A stretch of DNA of 63,888 bases, filler included, from Octopus bimaculoides (taxonomy: Eukaryota), in NCBI RefSeq assembly GCF_001194135.2. It is 9 parts of 8 records of this genome, joined end to end, with 100 filler letters (N's around TTAATTAATTAA, not from the genome) between each part and the next. Parts side by side here need not be neighbours in the genome. Positions count along the whole stretch, not along the records: positions 12,231 to 34,791 come from NC_068982.1; positions 34,892 to 42,410 come from NC_068996.1; 7 more parts are not named here. One strand, written 5' to 3'. The notes below the pieces were generated by a model that was given only the letters and a program-made list of their open reading frames with translations, was not told the origin of the DNA and did no database searches. Position 1 is the stretch's first letter. Every line of letters starts with the position of its first letter. The translations under genes and the position numbers were made by a program. This document shows, in pieces, positions 23,935 through 36,077 of the stretch.

Positions 23935-24143
23935 TTTACTTTTTTAAGTTATTGAATTGTGGCTATATTGGAGTACCACCTATAAGGATTTTAGTTGACC
24001 AGAATGACCTCAATACTTATTTTAAAGTCTGATACTTATTCTACTGATCTCTTTTGCTGAACCATTAATTTATTGGGACATAACCAAACCTACACCAGTT
24101 GTGAAGTGATGGGTATGAGAAACACAGACACAAAGACATAAAG

Positions 24144-24187
<44 letters not shown>

Positions 24188-24325
24188 CAGGCTTCTAGAC
24201 AGTTTCAAGGCATTGGTGCTCCTGGGCTATGTTAGAATAAACGTACCCAAGGTGCCATGCAGTGGGACTGAACTCAAAACTGTGTGGTTGCAAACCAAGC
24301 TTCAAAACTACACAAGCATTCTTGC
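23935..24325 (-). mobile_element. SINE (43091 family) with internal (CA)n; similar copies 37190-37548 (+), 44815-45210 (-), 47215-47607 (-)
   Basis: head, central microsatellite and GGTGCTCCAGCATGGCC tail all recognisable. Confidence 0.8.
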
Positions 24326-24539
24326 ACCTTCATGCTCACAATTTCTTAACAACTGAAAATGCAAGATGAAATGCAACTTCTGGAAAACTAGAATTTGTAG
24401 ATCAGCAAGTCCAAGCTGAGAGTAAAGTAAACCTTTATGCTCATTTATCAATTATCAAGCAAAATATTATTAACAACCACAGAAAAATACTATAAGAAAT
24501 CAACTTTGTACAGCAATAAGGTAAGATACTACATGTTAT

Positions 24540-26969
24540 ACTATCAAAGCTGAATGAATACAGATCAACAATCATATGGCTGCTATCAAATAGTGAAGCT
24601 TTTGATAAATAGAATAAGAGACAGCCCTATCAGTAATTGAAATACAGTGAAATGTAAGAGAATGTTTGTGGCAGATAGTCAATGCTGGACAAAACTGTGA
24701 CAAAAGAGTTGAATATGGTCACAACAAATTCTAACGAGGCCTTAAAAGGGTTAATTCAGGTACATGAAATAAATGCTGCAAATCTAAACCATTTGATTTA
24801 GGGTATAAATTAGATTGGTTGTTGGTGGCAGTAAATAATAGCACACAAAGAAGTGACAACAGGGGAAACACATGCAATAAACTCTCAGCAGAATCACAAT
24901 GAAAATCACTAAATAGAGAAAAAGATTATGCAATCACATACAAAGCCAAAAGAGAGAATATAAGCATATATGATGGAATAAAAGAGAGGAAATTCAGATA
25001 ACATCACAATGTAATAGAAATGATACAAGATAAAGTGGAGAATATGATAATACAAAAGTATTCAAAAAGCCAAAAAATACAAAGAGATTAAAAAATGCTT
25101 AAATCTTTTAGCTACAATAAACCATTTAAAGATCATGAAAAGAAATTCTATAAAGAGCTCAACTAAAAACTGATAAATATCATCCTAATCACTGAAGAAT
25201 TTTTGTTATAAAACATCTGAAAAATTAACGGTTAACATAACAAAAAGCAAGATGAATGAGAGAGAAGTGAAAACCAGGAATATGATGCCACAAAAATAGC
25301 GAAATGAGACATATTATGAAATCTATCAGACAGAAAGTGACAAGAATGCTCAATCAGAAAAATCTGGTCAGACTGGTTACATCATTCTTGGTTGAAACAG
25401 CTAATAGCACTCCATTTTGTGACAGTAAGAGTGTTCAGTCAGGTTATTGAAATCCTATTTGAGATTTCTGAATGGGTTTAAAAAAAAAAAATCAGGAACA
25501 TAATTGATTACAGTTCAATCACTAATCAACCTATTTCATAAGTAACTTTCACAGACATTTGTAAAGAGAGCATATGTACAACTTGGAGATAATGATGCTA
25601 TCTCTCAAGAGTTGATAATATGCATAAAAAAGGCATAAATGACTGGAAAGATCAACTTCTGATGAATAAAATAAATGGTTACAGAACAAATCATTGCTAT
25701 CATCATTGTCATTTAACATCCATTTTCCATGCTGGCATGAGTTGGATGGTTTGACCAGAGCTAGCAAGCTGGAGAGCTGCACCAGGCTCCAGTCAGATTT
25801 GACATGGTTTCTACGACTGGATATCCTTCCTAATGCCAACCACTTTACAGAGTGTGCTGGGTGCTTTCATGTGGCACCACACAAGAGCTTTTCATGGTAC
25901 TGCATGAGAGCTTTTACGTGGCACTGGCATAAGTGCTTTTTATGTGGCACCAGCACAGGATTCCTGCAGGTCAATCATCTTCACCAGAAGGAGCAGCTTA
26001 TCACTTCTGCTGTGGTGTATGAGTCTTCTTGAGTACAATAAGGCACCAGGTATCCTTTGTCAGCTTATTTGAAAGGTTCACCATCCTAAGGTCATTCTTC
26101 AGTACTATGTCCCATGTCTTCCTGAGTTTTCCACTTCCATGTGCTGCATCTACTTTGAGAGATCAGCACTTCTTTATGGAGCTGTTGGCATCCATCCATA
26201 AACACATAATATAATTTTCTACAACATGGATTAACTACTGTAAACTAATTGACGGTGTTTCTCATTTCTCGTTCTAAGATGCTGTGAGTAACCAAGACAT
26301 CAACAACACACAAAAAGACAAAAATGTGACAATCCCCTTTGAAATAGCAAGAGAAATATGGAAACTAGCTTTCAGCTTGAACTACCCTATTGGTAATATC
26401 AAAGAATCAGAAATTACTGTTAAACCTAGCATATATTTCAGCTCCTTTTTACTATTTTTGTCATGCATTTTATTTTTGTTACATGCATACGTGAACAATA
26501 GCATTATTGGATATTTGTGCTCAGAGTTTGAACAAGTCAATACTGTACAGCTAGTTGCTCAGTGTAACAGAAGAAGGTTACAGTAAAATCAAACAAAGAA
26601 ATATCCATCATATTGTAGGTAATTTATTTTACATGGATGACTTAAAACGGTACACAAAGGACTAAGAACTCAATAATCAACTATTTTATTTGGTTAGTGA
26701 TGAAGTCAATGCGGATGACATTCATCTTCAGCCCATGTAGGCTGAGAACTGTAAGGAAAAAATGTGGGCTACTGTTCTAGAGGAGAAAGTTTGAGTTAAT
26801 GCGTCTTTTATTTAGTTCAGTCACTGGACACTGTCCATGCTGGAGCACAAACCCCAGCACTTATTTTTTGCTTTGGTACTTATCCTAATGGGATCTTTTG
26901 CTGAACCAGTAAGCTACAGGGATGTAAAGAAACCAACGTTGGTTTCATGTGGTGGAGAGGACACAGACA

Positions 26970-27010
<41 letters not shown>

Positions 27011-27175
27011 CACGTATAGTAAAATGGAGGGGATCAATTAGATCAAAGCAGTTATTGTAAATATGAATCTATATAATGTTATCCATTAAGTTACGCAGCT
27101 GAACTTGTATTTTGAATAAACATGCAATGGAAACAAGTGTAGTAATGCCCTGAAATATCCATTTGTTTATTCTTG

Positions 27176-27222
<47 letters not shown>

Positions 27223-27813
27223 CACACATATATATATATATATATCATCATCGTCATTGTCATCACCATCAGTGTATATATGTATATATATCCATGTGTA
27301 TGCATATATGTATATGTATATATGTATATAAATGTATGTGTGTGATATATATGTATATATCTATGTGTGCGTGTCTCTGTGTCTGTGTTTGTTCCCCCTA
27401 TCACCACTTGACAACCAGTGTTGGTGTGTTTACATCCCTGTAACTTAGCGGTTCGGCAAAAGAGATCCATAGAATAAGTACTAGGCTTAAAAAATATGTC
27501 CTGGGATCGATTGTTCAACTAAAACCCTTGAAAATGGTGCTCCAGGTTGACCACAGTCAAATGAGTGAAACAAGTAAAAGAATAAAGGAAAAAAAGAATC
27601 TCAGGTTCTGATACCTAAAGATGGTATGTTGCTGTGTAGTTAGGAAGTTTGCTTCTCAACCAGATGGCTTTGGGTTCAGTTCTACTGCTTGACATCTTAA
27701 GCAAGTATTTTCTTACAATAGCACCAGGCCAGTCAAGTTCTTGTGAATTAATTTGGTGGACATAAACTGAAAAAAGCTCATCAAATGTCTGTGAATGTAT
27801 ATGCATGTGTGAA

Positions 27814-27844
<31 letters not shown>

Positions 27845-29030
27845 ATATGTGAAGGCACATGGCTTAGTGTTAGGGCATTCGATTCACAATCATAATGTCA
27901 TGAGTTCAGTTCCTGGCAATGCATTGTCCTTGACCAAGACACTTTATTTCACATTGCTCCAGTCCATTCAGCTGGCAAAAATGAGTGGTACATATATTTC
28001 AAAGGGCCAACCTTCTCACATTCTGTGTCATGCTGAATCTCCCTGAGAACTACATTAAGGGTACACATGTCTGTGTAGTGCTCAGCCACTTGCACATTAA
28101 TTTCACAAGCAAGCCATTCCATTCATCAGATCAACTGGAACCCTCATTGTCGTAAGCGACAGAGTACCAGTGCCATGTGTGTATATGTATGGATGTGTGA
28201 GTATGTTTCCTTGTCTTGACATTAAGGACATCATTGTCATACAAGCAGAGTCATTCGTTTACAATCTTTGATGAAATTGTGTCTCTTACAGAGGAAATAT
28301 TACCTTACATGGAAACAAGTAAGCATTGGGAACAGGAAGGGCATACAGCCAGGGAAAATCTACTTCAACGAATCATGCAAACATGGAAAAATAAACATTA
28401 AAAAAAGTGGCAGCAGTGGTGGTAATGATGATAGTATATGGTTTGAGAGAGACTTGCCTGCTACTTCTAGAAGGTCATGTAATCCCCTGTCAGTTGCTCA
28501 TGGTTGAAATTTGTTTGCAGAATAGTCAGCAGAATTGCTTTCCATTTGATGTGGTGTAGGATATTTGCATGTATATTGTATCAGCACTATCACGGATATA
28601 AGATACTGAACACACTTGAAGTCACAGAGTTTGGATTAGATAAAAATGCCAAGACAGGAATATTAAAAGGAAACAGAGTGAAAGTATTCAACATGAGTTA
28701 TGAAGGTAACGGTGGAATCAAATATCATGAAGGAAAGAACAGTATAAAATTATCTGGATGTAGATGAAAGCACAACGATTCATCATAAACAAAGGAAAAA
28801 ACATAGTAAAAAGAAAAAACAGAATATTATTGATGTATATGACTAGTATTGGAAACCAAAACTTAATTCTTATAAGAAAATCAAAGTTACCGCCCAAGAG
28901 ATGTTTTATACATTTGGCATTATTCACTGGACCAATATCGACACAGAAAGAATTGATAGGAAAAAAATCAGAAAGTTGCTAGCAATATGGCAATATGTAA
29001 AATGTACAACACAAAAGTAGATATTCATTG
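24540..29030 (+). mobile_element. one fragmented R4/Dong-like element (pieces 24540-25450, 26330-26690, 28590-29030) split by later insertions
   Basis: Colinear motifs YNKPFKDHEKKFYKELN, DWLHHSWLKQLIALH, NLFYMDDLKRYTK (YMDD at 26630-26641), EFGLDKNAK, FYTFGIIHWTNIDTERIDRK. Confidence 0.75.
27850..28172 (+). mobile_element. SINE sharing its 3' half with the 22127 SINE but with a different 5' core
   Basis: TTCAAAGGG...GAGAACTACATTAAGGGTACAC...GATCAACTGGAACCCTC is shared. Confidence 0.75.
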
Positions 29031-29689
29031 ATTTCTTGGGTCTAATGATGCTAAAGGTTCACTTCAAGATTTTCATGGCAGTTTTCCATGGCTATCTAGA
29101 TTACCCACAACATAAGTTTACTGGTAGCTGTTAAACACTAGGAAAATATAAAGAAGGATTAAAATATAAACTAAACACCTATCCAATGGGAATCAAATTC
29201 CACAGAGATTTTAATTACACCAACAGCTTTGCCTGTGGTTATATAAGTATGACCATCAACGAGCCAATGAGGAAGCCTCTAGGTTAACACTTGACCTGCT
29301 CTAGCAGCCATATCTTCTGCAAATCACACACTACTATCTCAAAAGAAGGACACAAAGCAAAATTAGGATGGTCACATTTAGAATGCCTTTCATCTCAAAT
29401 GTCACTGAGGCTACAATGGAGATGAACAACAACAACAACAACACCTACAGGCAAAGCTAATAATCAAAGAGACTATTAATGTGACATTGGAAACCTTTAC
29501 AAGAAAAATACTTTAGTGACAAACGAATAAAGCCTAAAGCTAAAGTATGAACAAAAAATAAGGGAGTGGATGGAACAACATTCTTTGTATGGTAACCATT
29601 CTAAAATTCCTTTACATTTAATCTAGTTTCATCAACTAAAATTTTAATCAGGTACTTAAAAATGCTCTGAAGAAAGATCTGAAGTGTAG

Positions 29690-29880
29690 CAGTAAGTCTA
29701 CTCTTTGATCCATAGGTTGAACCAAGCTAGCTGTGTTTGGAGGCAGAAAAGCCTACCAGGCCAACCAGGTTAGATGGGTGAAGTGGGGAATCGTTTACAA
29801 TAAGACTGTTTCCATAGATTCCAATATTCTTTGAAGCTGAACAGAAACACAGTCTCACAGCCAGTGGTAATGCTTCAGGA
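29690..29880 (-). mobile_element. Tigger/pogo DDE transposase fragment
   Basis: FLPPNTASLVQPMDQ resembles the FLPPNTTSxLQPxDQG motif of DDE_1 transposases. Confidence 0.8.
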
Positions 29881-31070
29881 AATCTAAACCTCAAGCGATT
29901 GGCTGTTTATCAATCTCATACACATCATCGTCATCATTGTTTAATGTCTGCTTTCCATACTGGCATGGGTTGGATGGTTTGACATGGAGCTGGTTAGCAA
30001 GGAGCTGTCAAAACTTCAACTGTCTGTTGTGACATGGTTTCTGTGCCCTTCATGATGCCAATCATTTAACAGAGTGTGCTGGGCACTTTTCAAATGCCAC
30101 AGGCATAGATACATTTAAGCAGCACTGGCCCAGGTGCATTAACGCAACACCAGCATGGGTGTTTTTTAAGTGGCACTATCACCTGGAAAGACAAGCCTGT
30201 ATGTGTGGAAGACAGCAATTTTAGCTTGACATGTCTTATCAAGTACAGCAAATCACCACATCTCTTGGTCTCTTGTCATTTCCTCAGTGAGACCCAGCAT
30301 TTGAAGATCCTTTCTTACCATTTCGTCCCATGTCTTCCTGGGTGTAACCCTTCCACAGGTACCTTCCACAGGTACCTTCCACACCTTTTTTTTTTTTCTT
30401 TTTTGGAGCCTACAGACAGCAGTGGTGTACAATACACGTTTAACCATTTTCGCAACAAGGATAAATAAAGAAATAAGAGTTTGCAAAGTGAAAATTGCAA
30501 GGAGTACCTCCTATCAGCAATCAGCTCAAAACCAAGCAATCACAAAATCTGGTCAGGTTTGATTGTGGCAAGCTTTATGGTACTTCATTTGCTTGGCCAT
30601 TTTCTTTCAACCTGTACACATGCTCATCTCTACATCTGTTTATTTGCTATAATCTATACTATATATAAAACAGAGATGTGTGTGTAATCGCTTATCACGT
30701 GAAAACGGCTTCAACATTTACTTCCATACTTGTGATACATGAATAATTTGACCTCGGATAAATCTTAGGCTCTTCATTTGATTTTTTTTTTATCTCTAAT
30801 TAAAAATAAATAATATTGCTTTATATTTAAGATTCACTTCTTTAAAAAGGTTTCTCAATGTCAACTTCTGGAACGGACGTGAAAAAACGGCGACGTCTCT
30901 CACTCTCTACTTTTAATGTTCGCTTTCTGTAAACAACTACGATCAATTACTGAAACACATATTTACGAAGTGCATAAATTTAAATATTCTGTACAAGATA
31001 GTTTTTAACGTGCTTTTATTTATACGATTTTTGGGCGTTCCAATGTTCATCTCATTCATTCTTTGCATTG

Positions 31071-31102
<32 letters not shown>

Positions 31103-32117
31103 CACACACTCCAGGTTTGAATTCGTTCCGAACTCGCACACTTCGTTAATTTCCGTAAATAAATTTATTATTATTTTTTTTTTTGGCACGCCGTGTTCAG
31201 CTCTATGTATTCGTAGTGAGTCACACACGCACATGTGCGTTTATGTATGTGTGTGAGTGAAGGGGTGTGTTATGTCTACGTACATATATAAATACATATG
31301 CATACATCTTTTCTGTGTGTATATCTGCACATGTGTGTGTGAGAGAGAGAGAGAGAGAGACAGAGAGATGTTTCAGTGACTCTCTCTCTCTCTCTCACAC
31401 ACACACTCACACATACGTAGAAGAAATGTATGACTATTTATGTATGTACGTATAATTGTCGACACACCCCTTCACTGGCTCTGTCTCTCTCTCTCTCTGC
31501 CTGTCTCTCTCTGTCTCTGTCTGTCTGTCTCTCTCTCTCTCACACACGCACGCGCACGCGCACATACACACGTGTGTCTTTGTAAATACGTTTGTATACA
31601 TTTATGTATGTGTGTGTTNNNNNNNNNNNNNNNNNNNNNNNNNNNNNNNNNNNNNNNNNNNNNNNNNNNNNNNNNNNNNNNNNNNNNNNNNNNNNNNNNN
31701 NNNNNNNNNNNNNNNNNNNNNNNNNNNNNNNNNNNNNNNNNNNNNNNNNNNNNNNNNNNNNNNNNNNNTTATACATGTACGTATACATGACAACAAACCT
31801 CTCTCTCTCTCACTCTCTCTCTCCCTCTCTCTCACTCTCACTCTCTCTCTCTCTCTCTCTCTCTCTGTCACACACACACACACACACATCCATTTCATCT
31901 GATGTGTGATACTCTGTGTGTGTGCATTTAATCCCCATTTTAATTTTTGTAAAAGCTTCCAAGTACCAATGAGGCTTTTTGGGGCATCTTCAATTTTCCA
32001 ATTCATGAGAGGTGCCCAGTCATCATTCATCTGAGAGTCCATCTACAGAATGTCTTCAGATTTCTATACAGCATATTTTGCTTTTTTTCCTTCCAGTATA
32101 TAAGCAACAACTTCATT

Positions 32118-32145
32118 CCCGGGCAACGCCGGGTTCCTCTGCTAG
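32118..32145 (+). mobile_element. Helitron-type 3' terminus
   Basis: GC hairpin CCCGG-GCAACG-CCGGG followed 8 nt later by CTAG|T. Confidence 0.7.
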
Positions 32146-32904
32146 TTTATTATAATTTTTATTTGATGGGGAAAAGGTCAGCAGAAGAGCAACTTTTAAG
32201 TGGGAAAATGAAAAGAAAACATTTTGCACTCAGCACATCAAAGAAAAGCATTACTCACAAATTTTAAGGGGATTAATAAAATAACAACCCCCACTTTAGA
32301 AGTGTATTAATTTGTATTGGTTACATAGAACATTATACTTTGTTTTTCACTGTTTATTTTATATCTTAAGTTGTGCACCTTGATTGAATTATATTGCCAA
32401 AAAGTATACAGAAAATATACACAAAGATTGTATCTTAGGGAACAATCATGAAATAAAAGAAGTTAAATGATTGTATCTGCATTCACTTTTCTCTTTATGT
32501 GAACTGAAAAACATAACAAGCTTAAAAAGAAAGGAAAGATAAAATCAAACAAAACTTCAGCATGAAAGGTGTACACTTAATGAATCTATATTTTACAGAA
32601 TTTGGAGTTTGTTTGCTCTTTATTTCTCATCCAGGCTGTCTATATATAGTCTATGGAATAAAAAAGATTTACACATAAGCCAATAAGGGCCATGATCCTT
32701 TAACTCAGAGAAGCCTATAGCCTGGATTTAAAATTTAAAAAATATATTTACAACTAGCAAAAAAGTAATTTGTAATATTTGTAAAAATTTGTGGATGGTT
32801 AAGGGGTCGGATGGGTGCTAATGAAGGAACAAAAACTCACGAAATATGGCATACACACCCATTACCCATTTTTCATCTTTGGTAGGGGCCTCCAAAAGGG
32901 GTCT

Positions 32905-33222
32905 TAGGGAGTAGCATCCCTGCTTTTTTGAGCTGGCTTTCCACCACATTTTTCAAAAATTGTAGAAGAGGCCTTGGTCTCAAGACCACTCATGTTTAGA
33001 AACTGACATTGGGGGTAAGCAAAGCATGCTCCCCGTAGAAAATCCAGCTCTAAAAAAGCCTCATTAAAGCAAGGGAGAATGGGCACCAGCCAGCCAGCCC
33101 AAAAATTGGGGTGGGCTGCACCTGCCTGCCTCAGTTGCTATGGCATTGAGATAGTTCCGGCCACCTCCGTTAACAGGGACAAAACCTAGATTTAAATCAC
33201 TGGATGATGATGATGATGATCT
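32905..33222 (+). mobile_element. RTE-type retroposon 3' end
   Basis: ends CTAGATTTAAATCACTGG-(GAT)n; the (GAT)n tail is typical of RTE-dependent elements. Confidence 0.45.
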
Positions 33223-33799
33223 TATTGCTTTTTTACATCTGACATCTCGGATACGAAACATTGAAACAAAATCAGTCCTGGCTATAATGTCTACAGAAAA
33301 TTTGTAGAGATGGCCTTAACATGCAACTTTTGAAATTTTTGGATTCATAGCAATCATTAGCAGAACTGCAGCTTTCCCCCATTGCTTGTTGTAATAAAAT
33401 TGACTACTACAAGAACACAAGGACAAAAGAGAAAAAAAAAATTTTCACTACTACAAGAACAAAAAAATATTCACTGAGCTGGAAAATGTGATTAATTGAT
33501 CACATATTTTTCTCTAATTATTATATTTAACACCACTAAGATTACTTTTTTTATGTTGGAAACAGTGAAAATAATCAAATCCACCTTTATGTTTATTACT
33601 TAAAATATGCAGTCAGTTATTCTTTATGACTAAATGATTAATTAATCTCATTTCCTGCTACAACTCAATGGGTTTTATGAACATTTCTGTATATTAAGTT
33701 AGTTGTAGCCTTACTAGCAAGCGATGGTGAAGACTATACTTCCACTCATGATGACTAAAAGCGATAAATAGTTTGAGTTGTCTCCCTTGTTTGCTCAGA

Positions 33800-34203
33800 G
33801 AACAATATCCTTTTCTACTCTAGGCACAGGGCCTGAAATTTTGGGGGAGGAGGGTCAGTCAATTATATTGATCTCGGTACGCAACTGGTACTTAATTTAT
33901 TGACCTCGAAAGGATGGAAGGCAAAGTCGACCTCAGTGGAATTTGAACTCAGAACGTAAAGACAGACGAAATACCTATTTCTTTACTGCCCACAAGGGGC
34001 TACACACAGAGGGGACAAACAAGGACAGACAAACGGATTAAGGCGATTATATCGACCCCAGTGCGTAACTGGTACTTATTTAATCGACCCCGAAAGGATG
34101 AAAGGCAAAGTCGACCTCGACGGAATTTGAACTCAGAACATAGCGACAGACGAAATACCACTAAGCGTTTCACCTGGCGTACTAATGTTTCTGCCAGCTC
34201 GCT
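33800..34203 (-). mobile_element. dimeric or nested SINE (AGGTCGACTTTGCC family); single copies at 36600-36910, 40322-40545, 51977-52188, 55491-55702, 57850-57975, 62560-62720
   Basis: two tandem GTATTTCGTCTGTC...GAGTTCAAATTCC...AAGTACCAGT units. Confidence 0.85.
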
Positions 34204-34891
34204 GGATGGGATTCCAGGATTACTTATTTTTACTGGCTGAGTAGACTGGAACAACATGAAATGGAGTGTTTTGCTCAAGAACCTAACGCATTGCCCAGTT
34301 GAGGAATCAAAACCACAATCTAATAATCATGAGTCTAACACTCTAACCACTAAGTCATGCACCTCCATACATACACACATGCATACATACATACAGATAG
34401 ACAGACATGCATACATATATAATATAATATATATATGTATATAACATGTGCCCTTATGATAACATATATATATATATATATATAATCATAAATATATAGG
34501 GATTGACAGTAACCTGCTTCTCCAACATACTGAGAATTCAGAAATAGCAGTCAAAGAACTACTGATTTCAAAACTACAAATTATTACTCCAGATTGATAG
34601 CGATATTTTTGATACACACAGAACAAAAAACAATAGAGAAGAGTAAAAAACACTTGCCTTTTAGTTAATTTAGTACAATTGTTTCACAGTTAAGAGTACA
34701 TAATACTCTATTCTGATCTTCAGCTAAATATTCTAATAAATTTGTTAATGTCTAAATAACTCACGTTAATTTTGACCATGTGAACATCAATNNNNNNNNN
34801 NNNNNNNNNNNNNNNNNNNNNNNNNNNNNNNNNNNTTAATTAATTAANNNNNNNNNNNNNNNNNNNNNNNNNNNNNNNNNNNNNNNNNNNN

Positions 34892-35255
34892 CTTCACTGT
34901 ACTCATTGCCAACCCTCACCTTACTGACAGCGTCTCTGTACATGGCTCGCACAGCTCTCACTAACCATTCTTCTATCCCTAGTTTCCTCATTGACCACCA
35001 GATAAGGAATCGGGGGACCCTGTCAAAGGCTTTCTCCATATCAACGAAAGCCAGGTACAGAGGTTTATCCTTGGCTAGGTATTTCTCCTGCAGCTGTCTT
35101 ACCAGAAATATAGCATCAGTGGTGCTTTTCCCAGGCACGAACCCAAACTGCATCTCATCTAAACTGACTCGCTCCCTAAGCAGTTGAGCTATGACCCTCT
35201 CCGTGACTTTCATTACCTGATCTAAAAGCTTGATACCTCTGTAATTATTTGTATC
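34892..35255 (-). mobile_element. RTE-clade LINE reverse transcriptase fragment (open frame, cut by a linker)
   Basis: NYRGIKLLDQVMKVTERV...QFGFVPGKSTTDAIFLVRQLQEKYLAKDKPLYLAFVDMEKAFDRVPR. Confidence 0.95.
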
Positions 35256-35276
35256 ATATATATATATATATATATA

Positions 35277-35501
35277 TAATGAATGAGGGAAACAGAAAAT
35301 AGATTTAGCAAGAATCTTTATTCAGCACAACGATAGTGTTTTAAACCATCCTGCATTTGTCTTTTATGGCTGGGATATAGTACATTTGGTTGTGTTGCAT
35401 CCATCAATGCAGGCTGTGTCTCTTCAGGTGTCTGATCAAAACGATTGTTGTGCTGAATAAAGATTCTTGCTAAATCCATTTTCTGTTTTCCTCATTCATT
35501 A
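35277..35501 (-). mobile_element. foldback element with ~65-bp arms enclosing a type I hammerhead fold (35322-35435, minus strand)
   Basis: Arms TAATGAATGAGGGAAACAGAAAATAGATTTAGCAAGAATCTTTATTCAGCACAAC and its near-perfect reverse complement; minus strand TCAGACAC-CTGAAGA-stem II-TAAAAC-ACTATC-GT-T-GTGCTGA. Confidence 0.75.
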
Positions 35502-35660
35502 TTAAACTCAACAAACACTGCAGAATTGCTGACGTAGATCCAGTGACAATTATATCTTAACTGTGCATGACATCAGCTAATCTAAATGGTGAAAGTGCCC
35601 TAATCAGAATACTACCAGACATATACCCAGAGTCCAAATAATTACCTATATATACTATAT

Positions 35661-35698
<38 letters not shown>

Positions 35699-35719
35699 AA
35701 TAGTAAATAATTTATATAT

Positions 35720-36077
35720 ATATAACTTTCTTTTTCAGAATGAAATAAAAAACCAAGGCTGTGAAGATTTTAGGACATTTATAAATAGAGGGTCTTACAG
35801 CTGTTTCCAGGATATTTATTATATCCCTTCATCGGAGACAGTGTGAGAAGATGGTTAAGCAATAGTTATTTTTAGATAAGATATGAAATAAAGAGTGAAG
35901 TGGAGGAATGAAAATAGATATGAGATATACAGGGATATTGCATTTGTAGATCCATTATTTAGGCAGAATGGTATACATATAAGATTCCAATACCTTGTGA
36001 GTAAATTCCAATAGTATCTAAAATTGGTCATTCCAAGTATAGAGTTTGTACACAGTGCTATTGAATCAAGGGTTTTA
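35720..36077 (-). mobile_element. Penelope-like 3' end with hammerhead ribozyme (35792-35839)
   Basis: DQF*ILLEFTHKVLESYMYTILPKIMDLQ, then GTCT-CCGATGA-AGGGATAT(AATAA)ATATCCTG-GAAAC-AGCT-GT-A-AGAC. Confidence 0.7.
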
